DNA of 64,000 nucleotides, taken from positions 7,179-71,178 of the IMG/VR virus record IMGVR_UViG_3300022218_000001. The stretch is one strand, 5' to 3'. Below the pieces are notes generated by a model, which was not told where the DNA came from, searched no databases, and saw only the letters and a program-made list of their open reading frames with translations. Made by a program: the position numbers and the translations under genes. This DNA is from a virus (taxonomy: Duplodnaviria > Heunggongvirae > Uroviricota > Caudoviricetes). Each line of letters opens with the position of its first letter. Within the stretch, counting starts at the first letter, position 1. Below are positions 27,569-36,805 of this stretch, in pieces.

Positions 27569-27937
27569 GTGGCAAAGAAGAAGAAGAAAAAAGAAAAGAA
27601 GGCTGCCACTACCCCCTCGCCAACAAAGAAGGAGGAACTGTTCCACTTTAAAATTGGCGAGAGGGGCGAAGCGGCCGAAATTTCTACGAAGGTTCTAAGG
27701 GAAGACAAGCGGAGCCGGCGCGTTCACTTTGCTGTGAATGAAGATACGCTGACGAAGTTCCCGAACATATTCCTTCACTGTGGAGACTGGGCCGTTGGTG
27801 AGGAGATGCATCATCTTATAATCCGTATTGACATGAAGAAGATCTACCCCCTTCTCCTGAAGGCTGTGAAGAACAAGACAGGCGGTTCTATTTGCTGCGG
27901 TGGGGTGATGATGCTTCAGACCGGCCGAATTCTGTGA
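27569..27937 (+). CDS. hypothetical protein with poly-Lys N-terminus
   Basis: GTG start after RBS agagagg; KKKKKKEKK tract. Confidence 0.3.
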   Translation: MAKKKKKKEKKAATTPSPTKKEELFHFKIGERGEAAEISTKVLREDKRSRRVHFAVNEDTLTKFPNIFLHCGDWAVGEEMHHLIIRIDMKKIYPLLLKAVKNKTGGSICCGGVMMLQTGRIL

Positions 27938-27953
27938 TGACGGGGAGGCGCAA

Positions 27954-28175
27954 ATGACACTTGATGAACACTGTGAGGCTTTTTTGAGCAAATGGGAGAA
28001 GAAGCTTTCAGATGAAAAAATCGAGCTTGATGCAATGGCAGCTTTCAGGCTCTTGATGATTGATGCTTTCTTCGCTGGCTGGCAGGCGTGTCAAAGTGAG
28101 GCCTCACAGGTACAGAGCCGCCATATTAACAGAATCAAAAATGGGAATGGTAGAAACCTGGAAGGTGGGAAATGA
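27954..28175 (+). CDS. hypothetical small protein
   Basis: ORF. Confidence 0.3.
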   Translation: MTLDEHCEAFLSKWEKKLSDEKIELDAMAAFRLLMIDAFFAGWQACQSEASQVQSRHINRIKNGNGRNLEGGK

Positions 28176-28420
28176 TCAAGCTTGAAATTGACATTGAGCA
28201 ATACGAAGAGTTGAAGAACTCCGAATACGTCCATGTCGTAAGTTATCGAAAGGGTGACGAGGTGACGCGCGCTTGGATTGAGGCGATCGGGACCAAGGAT
28301 GAGTGCGAAGAATCGCAGGCATCCATGGACTGTCATCTCTACATCGTCCCCACGGGCCTAACTATCCACAGCGAGATTGTTGCAGTTGCCGACATCGCGC
28401 CGCCTGCGGAGGTCCCATGA
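28172..28420 (+). CDS. hypothetical small protein
   Basis: ATGA overlaps. Confidence 0.3.
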   Translation: MIKLEIDIEQYEELKNSEYVHVVSYRKGDEVTRAWIEAIGTKDECEESQASMDCHLYIVPTGLTIHSEIVAVADIAPPAEVP

Positions 28421-28872
28421 GTGAGCCTGCTATGAGACTTGAGGAGCTTTGTGAGATCATCAAGAACTCGCTGCCACCCGATGTCGATAGCCTGGTAATC
28501 CTGGCAGCCTCTGGGGCTTCTTCTACTATCCTGAGCGCAGATGAGCCGCTTGCAAATGGAGGGCCTGAGATTATGGGTAACCTTCTGCGGTGTATCTGCG
28601 AGCAGGGCGGTATCAGCCAGGCCGATGCCTTGCGCAGGCTCCAGAATGGTTTCTGGACTCGCAATCCAAATGATGGCGATATCACCAAAGCTACGCTCAT
28701 TGCCAAGCTCCTGTGTGGACCACTCGATGGGCATGTTGTTGAAATCCTGCGGCCCGATCCGATCATTAGTGTCCCATTTAGTTTTAGCAAACATGACGAG
28801 CTACGCTTTGCCGCTTACAGCCTTTCAGGGCAACCGAGCGGTGGTGTTGTCTCGTATCGATATTGGGGATAG
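28417..28872 (+). CDS. hypothetical protein
   Basis: ATG overlapping upstream stop. Confidence 0.35.
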   Translation: MSEPAMRLEELCEIIKNSLPPDVDSLVILAASGASSTILSADEPLANGGPEIMGNLLRCICEQGGISQADALRRLQNGFWTRNPNDGDITKATLIAKLLCGPLDGHVVEILRPDPIISVPFSFSKHDELRFAAYSLSGQPSGGVVSYRYWG

Positions 28873-29375
28873 AAATGTTAGACGTCAACCTGTCAGAACT
28901 CGATGGAATCTGCCGGCATTGTGCCATGAGCTATCAGGTAGATTTTATAGAGGCGGAGTCTTGTTACTCAGCAACGACATCATCGGCCAGCCCTGATGAC
29001 TTCTTCGAGGTAAAAAGGGCGGGCAGCCCACAAGCTGCGGTCAACGAACTTGTGAGGAAGCTTCGAGCCAGCGGAAGAATTGTCCCTCCGGTGCATGCGA
29101 ACACTCCAATTTCGAGGGTTCTTAGAATGCGTATCGATCCAGAGGCCACAGAGATTGACTACCATGTTGTCTACTACCAAGCGAAGGAGCTTTCCAAGCG
29201 ACGGCATTGCTTGAAGAAATACAAAGATCTTAGATCTGTCTTTGGACAAAGCGAGATGGAGGTAGTAGCCCTTGAAGATGAATGGGCAACGTTAACGAAA
29301 AAGATGGAACTTGTCGGGTGGTCCTTGGCTTACGCCCACCACAGAGGCCCTCGCTGGATAAGGAGGAGTTTGTGA
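28863..29375 (+). CDS. hypothetical protein
   Basis: CRHCAMSY motif. Confidence 0.35.
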   Translation: MGIEMLDVNLSELDGICRHCAMSYQVDFIEAESCYSATTSSASPDDFFEVKRAGSPQAAVNELVRKLRASGRIVPPVHANTPISRVLRMRIDPEATEIDYHVVYYQAKELSKRRHCLKKYKDLRSVFGQSEMEVVALEDEWATLTKKMELVGWSLAYAHHRGPRWIRRSL

Positions 29376-29560
29376 TGGAGGGGGACCAGCCACGACTGGC
29401 AGAATCGCCGCTTCTCAAGGCTTCGCGGGCCTTGATTGAGGCTTTTGATTCAAACGACGAAGGTCTAATCGACGATGCGGTAGACGAGCTGCGCCAATTG
29501 ATCGATGTGATTGATGGTGCAAGAAAAAAGTTATTTAGATTTAAAAGGAGGATGTCATGA
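29375..29560 (+). CDS. hypothetical small acidic protein
   Basis: GTGATG overlap start. Confidence 0.3.
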   Translation: MEGDQPRLAESPLLKASRALIEAFDSNDEGLIDDAVDELRQLIDVIDGARKKLFRFKRRMS

Positions 29561-29766
29561 GTCGCTCATACTTTTGTGCTGTCTGCCAGCGGCAGGCTAT
29601 CTTCAACAAGCCGGTGGTTAACCACCTTCTCCATTTTTTCCTGTCCCTTTTTACAATGGGCGCCTGGATTGTAATGTGGTTTCTTCTGGCTCTCTGTTCT
29701 TGCGCATCGCGACCGCGATGTACTCAGTGCGGCCAGACCTACGCCACACAATCCAAGCGACGATGA
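29557..29766 (+). CDS. small membrane zinc-ribbon protein
   Basis: CAVCQRQ ... TM segment ... CTQCGQ. Confidence 0.35.
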   Translation: MSRSYFCAVCQRQAIFNKPVVNHLLHFFLSLFTMGAWIVMWFLLALCSCASRPRCTQCGQTYATQSKRR

Positions 29767-29778
29767 GTCAGAGGAAGT

Positions 29779-30060
29779 ATGTCGAATGTATCAAAAAGCA
29801 ACGAGTGTCAGTCTTGCGGGTACGAGACGCCAGACCTTGTGCAGGATGGGTTCCAGTCGCCAGAAGAGGATCTCTGGCTATGCAGTCTATGTGCTGGGTC
29901 AAACGCTGGCATGATGACCCGGAATCGTACGCTGTTCGGCAGTGGCGACCTTGCCGTTGCCCAGACAGTTTGTTTTTGTGCGAACGTGATTCTTGAGGCC
30001 ATAGAGTCAATGGGCGGCAAACTCACAGAGAAGGATGTTACTGGCGAGGCAAACAAATGA
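29779..30060 (+). CDS. small zinc-ribbon protein
   Basis: CQSCGY...CSLC. Confidence 0.35.
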   Translation: MSNVSKSNECQSCGYETPDLVQDGFQSPEEDLWLCSLCAGSNAGMMTRNRTLFGSGDLAVAQTVCFCANVILEAIESMGGKLTEKDVTGEANK

Positions 30061-30308
30061 GAGAAGGCAGCGGCAGGCCGGAGACGTGTTATAGTTATGC
30101 AGATTGCCTTGAACGCGCTATCGACGCCTACAAAAAAGAGATCGGTAGCCTGCGCGAGGGGAACATAAGGCTGCGGGGGGAGAACGCCAAGCTGCGGGCC
30201 GTGGCCGAGGCGGCTGCCGAAATGATCGACGCTATGGACAATTGCGGCGCGGACGACGAGTGGAGCACTAGCGAGTTGCGTGCAACGCTGGAGTCAATGA
30301 GTTCTTAA
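30057..30308 (+). CDS. hypothetical small protein
   Basis: coiled-coil LREGNIRLRGENAKLRAV. Confidence 0.3.
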   Translation: MREGSGRPETCYSYADCLERAIDAYKKEIGSLREGNIRLRGENAKLRAVAEAAAEMIDAMDNCGADDEWSTSELRATLESMSS

Positions 30309-30326
30309 CCCACAGAGAGGAGTGTT

Positions 30327-30557
30327 ATGAGTGAGACAAACAAATTGGCTCTTGCCGTGGAGATGGTGAACACGTACCGAACGCGGATAGCTGTGATCCA
30401 TGAAAACGACCACCTCCCGTACAGCCGGCGAACGGTGCATGTTGAATTGACACCAGAACAAATGGACGCGATCAAACCTCGGCACCTTGGTGTTGAGTGC
30501 GGGCAGGACGTCTGCGAGGAATACGGGCGGGTGTGGCTTGAGGAAATAGAGTCTTAA
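30327..30557 (+). CDS. hypothetical small protein
   Basis: RBS agaggagtg. Confidence 0.3.
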   Translation: MSETNKLALAVEMVNTYRTRIAVIHENDHLPYSRRTVHVELTPEQMDAIKPRHLGVECGQDVCEEYGRVWLEEIES

Positions 30558-30603
30558 AGACCATGAGTTGTAAATTCACGAAGAGTTTTGTAAGGAGGAT
30601 ATT

Positions 30604-31038
30604 ATGGAAGCTGAAAATCTTGAGGCTCAGACTGTCGAAACATGCCCATCCCTTGTAGAGGCCAAGGAGAGAGGGATAAGGAGGGTTTTTATGGCCCACT
30701 GGCCCGACGGAACGTACATGAGAACCGAGCCGGGCAGTGATGGGGATCTCGTGTTTAATGGATCTGGGAGCCCGATGAAGGTGGCCTTTGAGCAAGAGGG
30801 CGCGGTGTTTTTGCCATATTGCGGGCCATTAGACAAGGCGGATACACTAGGCGACAAGCCGGAAGGCAGCCAACACGATGCGCTGCTTGCCGTGGCGGAG
30901 AATATCACCCAGCTTTTAAAGCACCCGGCCCCAGGGCTCAGGTCGTGGAATGTGATGCTGCTCAGACAATTCTGCATTTTAAGAGACGTCCTCATGGAAA
31001 ATTACGGCATGCCTGAGAACATGCGAGAGTGGGGATAA
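30604..31038 (+). CDS. hypothetical protein
   Basis: RBS aaggagga. Confidence 0.35.
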   Translation: MEAENLEAQTVETCPSLVEAKERGIRRVFMAHWPDGTYMRTEPGSDGDLVFNGSGSPMKVAFEQEGAVFLPYCGPLDKADTLGDKPEGSQHDALLAVAENITQLLKHPAPGLRSWNVMLLRQFCILRDVLMENYGMPENMREWG

Positions 31039-31068
31039 AAAAAATCTTATGCCTGAAAGGAGGTAAAT

Positions 31069-31278
31069 TTGAGCGAAATGGCCGAGGTGTATATCGAAGG
31101 GAAGACCTTTGACTGTAAGGATCAAATCAAGGGGATCACAAGGCTCGAGCGTCGAGTCTTTCAGTGGGATCCGGCAAGCAAGTCCTGGCGAGCCAGGGTC
31201 CACGATGATGAGATTGACGGGCTCGCCGAAGAGGTAGCCGGAAAGTGTGCTGGCTGCGCGCTGCGTGTAGTCGTTTAA
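31069..31278 (+). CDS. hypothetical small protein
   Basis: RBS aaggaggtaaa. Confidence 0.3.
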   Translation: MSEMAEVYIEGKTFDCKDQIKGITRLERRVFQWDPASKSWRARVHDDEIDGLAEEVAGKCAGCALRVVV

Positions 31279-31296
31279 TTTTTAAGACAAGTGTAA

Positions 31297-31539
31297 ATGA
31301 AAGGACACAAACGAATGTCGACCATGACCGATGTTGAACAGGGGATCACGCTACAGGCCTTGGATGCACTCGGGGCAAACCGGCCTGGGCGAAATTGGCT
31401 AAAGGAAAACCTGCCAGTCTGGGCGGAACAGGCGAAGATCTACAGAAAAGAGGCTCAAAAGCTCGACGCATTCTGCACGAAGGCTCAAGAGATCCTCGAC
31501 CAAGCAAAAACAACCCAAACGAACGGCGAAGGTGAATAG
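31297..31539 (+). CDS. hypothetical small protein
   Basis: RBS aaaggacac. Confidence 0.3.
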   Translation: MKGHKRMSTMTDVEQGITLQALDALGANRPGRNWLKENLPVWAEQAKIYRKEAQKLDAFCTKAQEILDQAKTTQTNGEGE

Positions 31540-31574
31540 GCTTTTAGCCTCAACCAGAAAGGAAATACGATTCA

Positions 31575-32456
31575 ATGAAAAAGCTTTATTTCTCAATCGG
31601 TGGATCGGTCGGGGGTGTCTTGCTACTGCTGGCCTGTGCGGTGCTCTTCTCGCAGAGAATCCCAGTTGGCCACGTCGGAGTGGCCACTATGTTCGGAGAG
31701 GTTTCTGGGCATTATGAGGCTGGGCTCCATGTTCCGGTGAATCCATTCTTGAGCTTTACGCTTTTTGATGTTCGGCAGCAGACGATGAAGGAGGAGGTGA
31801 ATGTCCCTTCTCAGGATCAGCTCACGACCACGATTGATTTCTCATTTCAGTACCGGGCCAACCCAGAGATGTGCGAGACGATCTTGGCGGAGACCGGGAC
31901 GCTAAAGCAGGCCGTGGCTGTACACCTCACGCCGATGGCTCGATCCTCTGCCAGAGAGCACGGCAAGGCGGTCGCAAAGGCCGAGGAGTTCTTTCTCGAT
32001 GATAAGCAGCGTGCGCTTCAGCAATCGGTGTTTGATAGTGTCAGGGATTTCGTAGCGCCCAAGGGGATTATCGTCGATGCGGTGCTTATCCGAGACATCT
32101 GTCTTCCGGATTTTATTGTTGAAGCTATCGAGACTAAGAAGGTTCGAGAGCAGAAGGCAGAAGAACAGAAAGCGGAGCTTCTGCGCTACCAGACTGAGCA
32201 AGGGCAGGTCGTCGCCAAGGCAAAGTCTGAAAACGAGGCCGCGACAGAGGACGCTGACAAACGGCAGAAGTTAGCCGACGCTCAGGCCTACGAGATTGAG
32301 GCTATCAACAAGGCCATTGCCCAGAACCCTGCTTATATCCAGCTTGAGGCGTTGAAGACCCTTCAGGCTATCTCCAAGGACCCGGCGGCCAAGATTTACT
32401 TCCTCGATGGAAGCTCGCCGACGCCCCTTCCCTTGATGCACCTTGGGAAGGAATAG
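31575..32456 (+). CDS. SPFH/band-7 (stomatin/prohibitin/HflK-like) membrane protein
   Basis: N-terminal TM then IPVGHVGVATMFGEVSGHYEAGLHVPVNPF core and C-terminal Ala/Glu/Lys coiled-coil. Confidence 0.7.
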   Translation: MKKLYFSIGGSVGGVLLLLACAVLFSQRIPVGHVGVATMFGEVSGHYEAGLHVPVNPFLSFTLFDVRQQTMKEEVNVPSQDQLTTTIDFSFQYRANPEMCETILAETGTLKQAVAVHLTPMARSSAREHGKAVAKAEEFFLDDKQRALQQSVFDSVRDFVAPKGIIVDAVLIRDICLPDFIVEAIETKKVREQKAEEQKAELLRYQTEQGQVVAKAKSENEAATEDADKRQKLADAQAYEIEAINKAIAQNPAYIQLEALKTLQAISKDPAAKIYFLDGSSPTPLPLMHLGKE

Positions 32457-32643
32457 CATGGGAGTTTTAGAGCGACTTCTCGGTGCAGTGGAGAACGGAC
32501 GTGGCGCCAGGCTTTCGAACTCAGATGTGCACGCTCTGTTGCGCTTCCTGGGATTTGCGATGCTGAAGAGCTACGGTCGGAATTGCTCCGAGACTGAACG
32601 TGTCATGGAGACTTGGATCGACTATCATCCCGTGCCGGCGTGA
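32443..32643 (+). CDS. hypothetical small protein
   Basis: ORF overlapping upstream stop. Confidence 0.3.
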   Translation: MGRNSMGVLERLLGAVENGRGARLSNSDVHALLRFLGFAMLKSYGRNCSETERVMETWIDYHPVPA

Positions 32644-32647
32644 GGCC

Positions 32648-32706
32648 GGCTCCCCGTTTCTCTTGGCTCCCTGGGCCTATGTTTTCCTGGGGAGCCGTTT
32701 TTTTTC
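32648..32706 (+). terminator. rho-independent terminator at convergent junction
   Basis: ggctcccc ... ggggagcc stem followed by T9. Confidence 0.6.
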
Positions 32707-32869
32707 TATAATTCTGTCCCCAAAAGCAGGCTCTCAGTGCGCAGTAGTAGAGGGGCTCCACTGGCAACCCTCTTTCCGGCTAACAGCCGAACCCACAAAA
32801 ACCCACTTTGTGAGCCCCTTGAAATTTGTGAGGTTTTAGGCCTTGAGCCCAAAACCTCACATTTTCTAT

Positions 32870-33766
32870 TTAGAGCAGGCCTGCCTCTTTGCACGACTTA
32901 CAGACAAATGGGAGCATCTGGTATTCTGCCCGGATCCAGTCTATTGCCCGGTGGGCCATCTTGGCTGCTTCGATGGGGTTCTCCAGGCACCAGACGATCT
33001 CCCGTATCATGGCTCTGTGGTTACCGATTTCGAACTCTCGGTACATGTGGGGGGCCAGCGGTGTCCAGTTCGTACGCTCAATGACCAAGGGGATGAGCTG
33101 GGGCGCTCCGAGCTGGACGATGCGGGTCGATGGCCAGTTGATACGGTCGCCGGTCCCGGAATGGACGTGAAGGAAGACCTTGGAGCGTAGACCTTCTGCG
33201 ATTTCGCCATCGGTGAGCTTCCGGTTGGTCCTGGGCTCAGCGTAGACATCGAACCCGTTGCGCTCCAGGGCGTTCACAGCACTCCAGCGCCGACTGCGCG
33301 AGCGGACCATGCCCAGAAAGCCTACGTCGTGCGTTGGGGTCTGCACAGGGCGGTCGTAGCTTGGGTGGTAGGCAAAAGGGCAGAAGGTTCGGCGGAAGCC
33401 GCGAGACTCGAATGTGGGGCCGTTCTGGGGGGCATAATCGAAAATCCAGTCCACCCTCTGGGCCTCCCAGCCCGCCCTTTTTCCGAATTTCCGCAATCTA
33501 TTGAACCAGGAGCGCCCGACTGTCTTGGTATAGACTTCGGATGTGTTGTAGAGGCAGACCGTTCCTGGCCATTTACCATGGACCTGGCTGGCTCCAGAGA
33601 CGCTCACTATAAAGAGGGTGTCTGTACGGTCGAGGCCCGTGATTGATGTCCCGCAGGTGACATCGGGGAAACCGAGCTGCCGGAAGCAATCAGCGAAGGC
33701 CTCTGCGACTTTATGCCCCTGCCAGGCGATAGCCCGGGGGCTGTAGAGTACGTGGATTGGTTTCAT
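32870..33766 (-). CDS. CgeB-like glycosyltransferase-like protein (paralog of 55813..56784)
   Basis: Shares DWIFDYAPQN, FCPFAYHPSYD and a C-terminal EAAKMAHRAIDWIRAEY-type block with the 55813 protein; glycosyltransferase assignment is tentative. Confidence 0.4.
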   Translation of the reverse strand: MKPIHVLYSPRAIAWQGHKVAEAFADCFRQLGFPDVTCGTSITGLDRTDTLFIVSVSGASQVHGKWPGTVCLYNTSEVYTKTVGRSWFNRLRKFGKRAGWEAQRVDWIFDYAPQNGPTFESRGFRRTFCPFAYHPSYDRPVQTPTHDVGFLGMVRSRSRRWSAVNALERNGFDVYAEPRTNRKLTDGEIAEGLRSKVFLHVHSGTGDRINWPSTRIVQLGAPQLIPLVIERTNWTPLAPHMYREFEIGNHRAMIREIVWCLENPIEAAKMAHRAIDWIRAEYQMLPFVCKSCKEAGLL

Positions 33767-34050
33767 GTAAGAAATAGGGCCTTTCCCCCTTTATTGGTTA
33801 GGTAGCACTCTGTCATGCAGCAGCGTTCTTTGCCGCGTTGAATGAGACCTTCTCGCTGAAGCTTTCCAAGAAACCCGCCTGCAGCAAAAGCCATCATCCC
33901 TCCCCGAGAGACACCCTTCGGCCCACATTTATGGCATCTATCGTGCCCGTCAGAGGTCGGCCACATCAACTCAGAGAATCGTGCAGGACGTATGCCTGGA
34001 CATCTTCTAATGATCATCAATGCGGTCCATTGAGCTTTTGTGATAATCAC
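33763..34050 (-). CDS. hypothetical small Cys-containing protein
   Basis: ATGA overlap in operon. Confidence 0.3.
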   Translation of the reverse strand: MIITKAQWTALMIIRRCPGIRPARFSELMWPTSDGHDRCHKCGPKGVSRGGMMAFAAGGFLGKLQREGLIQRGKERCCMTECYLTNKGGKALFLT

Positions 34051-34493
34051 CAGTGAAAGCCCTCCGGAATAATTGTGAACGAGTGGCCCGGGTCTATTGG
34101 ACGAAGCTCCCGGTACCAGAGCCGCTGCCTTGGTGCGGTGTGGCTTTCGCCAATATCTCGGAACCCGACCGATGCCCAGACGGCGTTCTCTTCGCGTCCG
34201 TTGAGGATCAGTCCATCAAGTTCTATTTCCGACAACTCCTTGGCGACTTCTTCCATCAAGAGCGAGCAGTACCCCTTCCCTCGCTCATTGGCAAGGGTTG
34301 TAATACCGCCAAGGCCCGCGACCTGCATGGTAGGCTCGTCGGGCCGCTTGAGTTTAAGGTCGAAGCAGTGAACGACAGAGACGAATTGGGTCTGGACCCA
34401 AAGTCCATAGACTGCATCCGGGTGGCGTGCCCACTTCCATTTGTGGAGATGGGCTACATTGCTTGGGGTCACAGGCTGCATGGTTGGTGGCAT
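34047..34493 (-). CDS. GNAT-family N-acetyltransferase
   Basis: ITTLANERGKGYCSLLMEEV acetyl-CoA binding (R/Q-x-x-G-x-G/A) motif. Confidence 0.55.
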   Translation of the reverse strand: MPPTMQPVTPSNVAHLHKWKWARHPDAVYGLWVQTQFVSVVHCFDLKLKRPDEPTMQVAGLGGITTLANERGKGYCSLLMEEVAKELSEIELDGLILNGREENAVWASVGFRDIGESHTAPRQRLWYRELRPIDPGHSFTIIPEGFHW

Positions 34494-35584
34494 GCAAACT
34501 CCTTTACGGCTTGAATGATTCGGCGACGGTCAGAAGGTGTCAGCCACCATCCGCAGGGGATGTTGACTTGACGACGTGAGAATTCATCGAGCCCCTTTGT
34601 TTTCTTGGCATCTGGGAATGCGGTCTTTTTGTCGTTTCGGCTATGAACCTCTGATGCATCAACCCCTCTCTTCGCGAGGTGAGCAATAAAGCCCTCTCGA
34701 TTCTCCACCAACATGGGGAATAACCAATACGAGCAGCCATCGTCGAATGGCAAGCAATGCACTCCGTTTTCAAGCTCAAGGAATGCATCACAGAAGTACT
34801 TGGCGTTTTCTTGTATCTGAGCAAGAAGCCCGGACATGCGCCGAAGGTTCGCAAGGCCGATCGACGCTGCCACATCGTTCATCCCGTACTTGTAGCCAGG
34901 CTCAACAATGTCTTGTCGGCAACGAAACGATGTGTTCTGGGTCCGATCGAGCCCGTACCAACGCAAGAGGAGTGCGCGTTCCCGGTTGACGCCAGGCACG
35001 GCCAGGGCTCCCCCGTCACCACCACAGTTGAGGTGTTTGATCGCTCCGAAGCTCCACATCCGGTAATGCCCCCAGCCTCGAGTCTTGAAGCTCCCAAGGC
35101 TGTGAGCCCCGTCTTGAATAACCGAGCAGCCATAGCTCAACTCGTCGGCTATTTCACGCAGTCGGACATAGTCACAGGTGCGGCCGGCCCAATCTACGGT
35201 GACGATGGCTCGAACGTTTCCATAGGAGTTGACCAGTTCTTCGACATGGTCTGCGTCGATAAGACCGCTCTCCGGGTCGACGTCAGCCCATACAATATTT
35301 GCGAAACGCTGAAGCAAAGGCACGTTAGTGGCTGTACAAGTCATCGGGGTCGAGATGACGGTCGAGCCTGGCTTGATTCCTGCGAGGTGGTACGCCAGGT
35401 CGAGCGCGTGGGTGCCTGTCATCGTTGCGAGGGGGACGGTATCGAGATCTTCGAAGCTCTGGAGGCCTTCTTCGAACTCTCTGACGCGCGGGCCTTGGCC
35501 TGTGTAGCCAGACATGAGCGTCTCTTCGACGCGCTTGATGGCGTCTGGGGCCATAAATACCTTGAAAAGTGGGATACGATCCAT
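34469..35584 (-). CDS. DegT/DnrJ/EryC1/StrS-family PLP-dependent sugar aminotransferase
   Basis: N-terminal MAPDAIKRVEETLMSGYTGQGPRVREFE and WSFGAIKHLNCGGDGGAL (PLP-lysine region); internal Met 35584 just below upstream stop. Confidence 0.8.
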   Translation of the reverse strand: MDRIPLFKVFMAPDAIKRVEETLMSGYTGQGPRVREFEEGLQSFEDLDTVPLATMTGTHALDLAYHLAGIKPGSTVISTPMTCTATNVPLLQRFANIVWADVDPESGLIDADHVEELVNSYGNVRAIVTVDWAGRTCDYVRLREIADELSYGCSVIQDGAHSLGSFKTRGWGHYRMWSFGAIKHLNCGGDGGALAVPGVNRERALLLRWYGLDRTQNTSFRCRQDIVEPGYKYGMNDVAASIGLANLRRMSGLLAQIQENAKYFCDAFLELENGVHCLPFDDGCSYWLFPMLVENREGFIAHLAKRGVDASEVHSRNDKKTAFPDAKKTKGLDEFSRRQVNIPCGWWLTPSDRRRIIQAVKEFACHQPCSL

Positions 35585-35588
35585 GCTT

Positions 35589-36224
35589 TCACTCCTTCTC
35601 TTTTGGGAACGGTGGGTCTTCCCAGCGGCTCGTGGGGTGGAGGAAGACCGTGCCGTCAATCAGGCCTCGAGCTGCGAACTCGTGGATGATCCTCCGATGG
35701 TCTGCCATCCGGTCTGGAGACGCTGGCCGCCAGTCAAATGGCGGCGCGTAGATTGTAGGCTCTCCGGGCGTTCTCTTAAAGTCTGCACCGGCTACGATTA
35801 TTTTCTCGAATGAACAGCGGCTCGCAATGAGGAGTGCTCGGCAGAAAGTACAGCCCTGCGGCCCAGGGAAGTTTGTCCCTTTGAAGCCAAAGAACTTCAC
35901 AGAGCGCCGGCGGATCAGCTCGTCGTTCTCGTGGTACGCAGCGTAGGAAATGACGCGCCATTTTGGATAAAGGGCGTCAAGCCGCTCTCGGAAGGACCTG
36001 TAGTTCTTCTTGTGAAGGAAGGAGTCAATGTGCCCCGCAACCCACATCGTCGAAGGCCGCCTGGCCCATTTCGGGATTTCGACGATGGCCGCATTTACCG
36101 CCCAGATTGTCCAATCCCGGTAGGGCTCGAAGTCTACATCTGCGAAACTCGGGCCACAGGAGGCGATGAGGAGCTTCTTGCCTCGTGATTTACCGTAGAG
36201 TCTCGATACGTCCCGCAGTGTCAT
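35589..36224 (-). CDS. MptE/DUF115-like (Maf-type) protein
   Basis: LLIASCGPSF glycine loop and FCRALLIASRCSFEKIIVAGADFK motif. Confidence 0.5.
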   Translation of the reverse strand: MTLRDVSRLYGKSRGKKLLIASCGPSFADVDFEPYRDWTIWAVNAAIVEIPKWARRPSTMWVAGHIDSFLHKKNYRSFRERLDALYPKWRVISYAAYHENDELIRRRSVKFFGFKGTNFPGPQGCTFCRALLIASRCSFEKIIVAGADFKRTPGEPTIYAPPFDWRPASPDRMADHRRIIHEFAARGLIDGTVFLHPTSRWEDPPFPKEKE

Positions 36225-36805
36225 TTCCAGTGCCTCAGTCCTGTCTTTACGATCGCCGATGCGCTTCGGATGAGCGCATCCGTTGCGTCCACCTCAAGCC
36301 ACGATGCCAGCTCGGCCACGACTTTGCCCGGGGTCTCGACGAGTTCATCGTAGCTGACGGCGAGCCCTGGGTACTGGGAGAAGAACCTGGCCACCTTCAT
36401 TTTGCAGCCATTGTACCGACGTGTGGCTCGGTCCCGAGCCCCTTTGTCCCCGCCCCTCTTCTTGACGAGGCTTTTCATTGTCGGCGCTTTCGGCCTTGTG
36501 GTCTCGATTGTGCGCCAGATATTCAGCCGATTGAGGCAGGGATAGAAGTGGCCCGTTGTGCCGTGGAACTTGAAGCCCGAGAGTCCCGGGCGATTGTGCT
36601 TTTCGACGAAGCGGTCAATGGCCAGGTTGTCTGGGCGTCGAAGCTCAAAGTTCATCTCCGGATCCATGAAGCTCCCGGTCGGCGTGCTCTTCGTCACCAG
36701 GCCACGATCGAACCTCACCCCAAGGTGGCTGACAATTGCAGCCACGACAGACGTCCCTGTTCTCGGTATCCCACAGACCACAACCACGCGGCTCTCCTCG
36801 CTCAT
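36221..36805 (-). CDS. sulfotransferase-like protein (PAPS-binding loop)
   Basis: VVVVCGIPRTGTSVVAAIV resembles 5'-PSB loop (PKSGTTW-type); KKRGGDKGARDRATRRY downstream; start at internal Met with ATGA overlap. Confidence 0.45.
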   Translation of the reverse strand: MSEESRVVVVCGIPRTGTSVVAAIVSHLGVRFDRGLVTKSTPTGSFMDPEMNFELRRPDNLAIDRFVEKHNRPGLSGFKFHGTTGHFYPCLNRLNIWRTIETTRPKAPTMKSLVKKRGGDKGARDRATRRYNGCKMKVARFFSQYPGLAVSYDELVETPGKVVAELASWLEVDATDALIRSASAIVKTGLRHWK

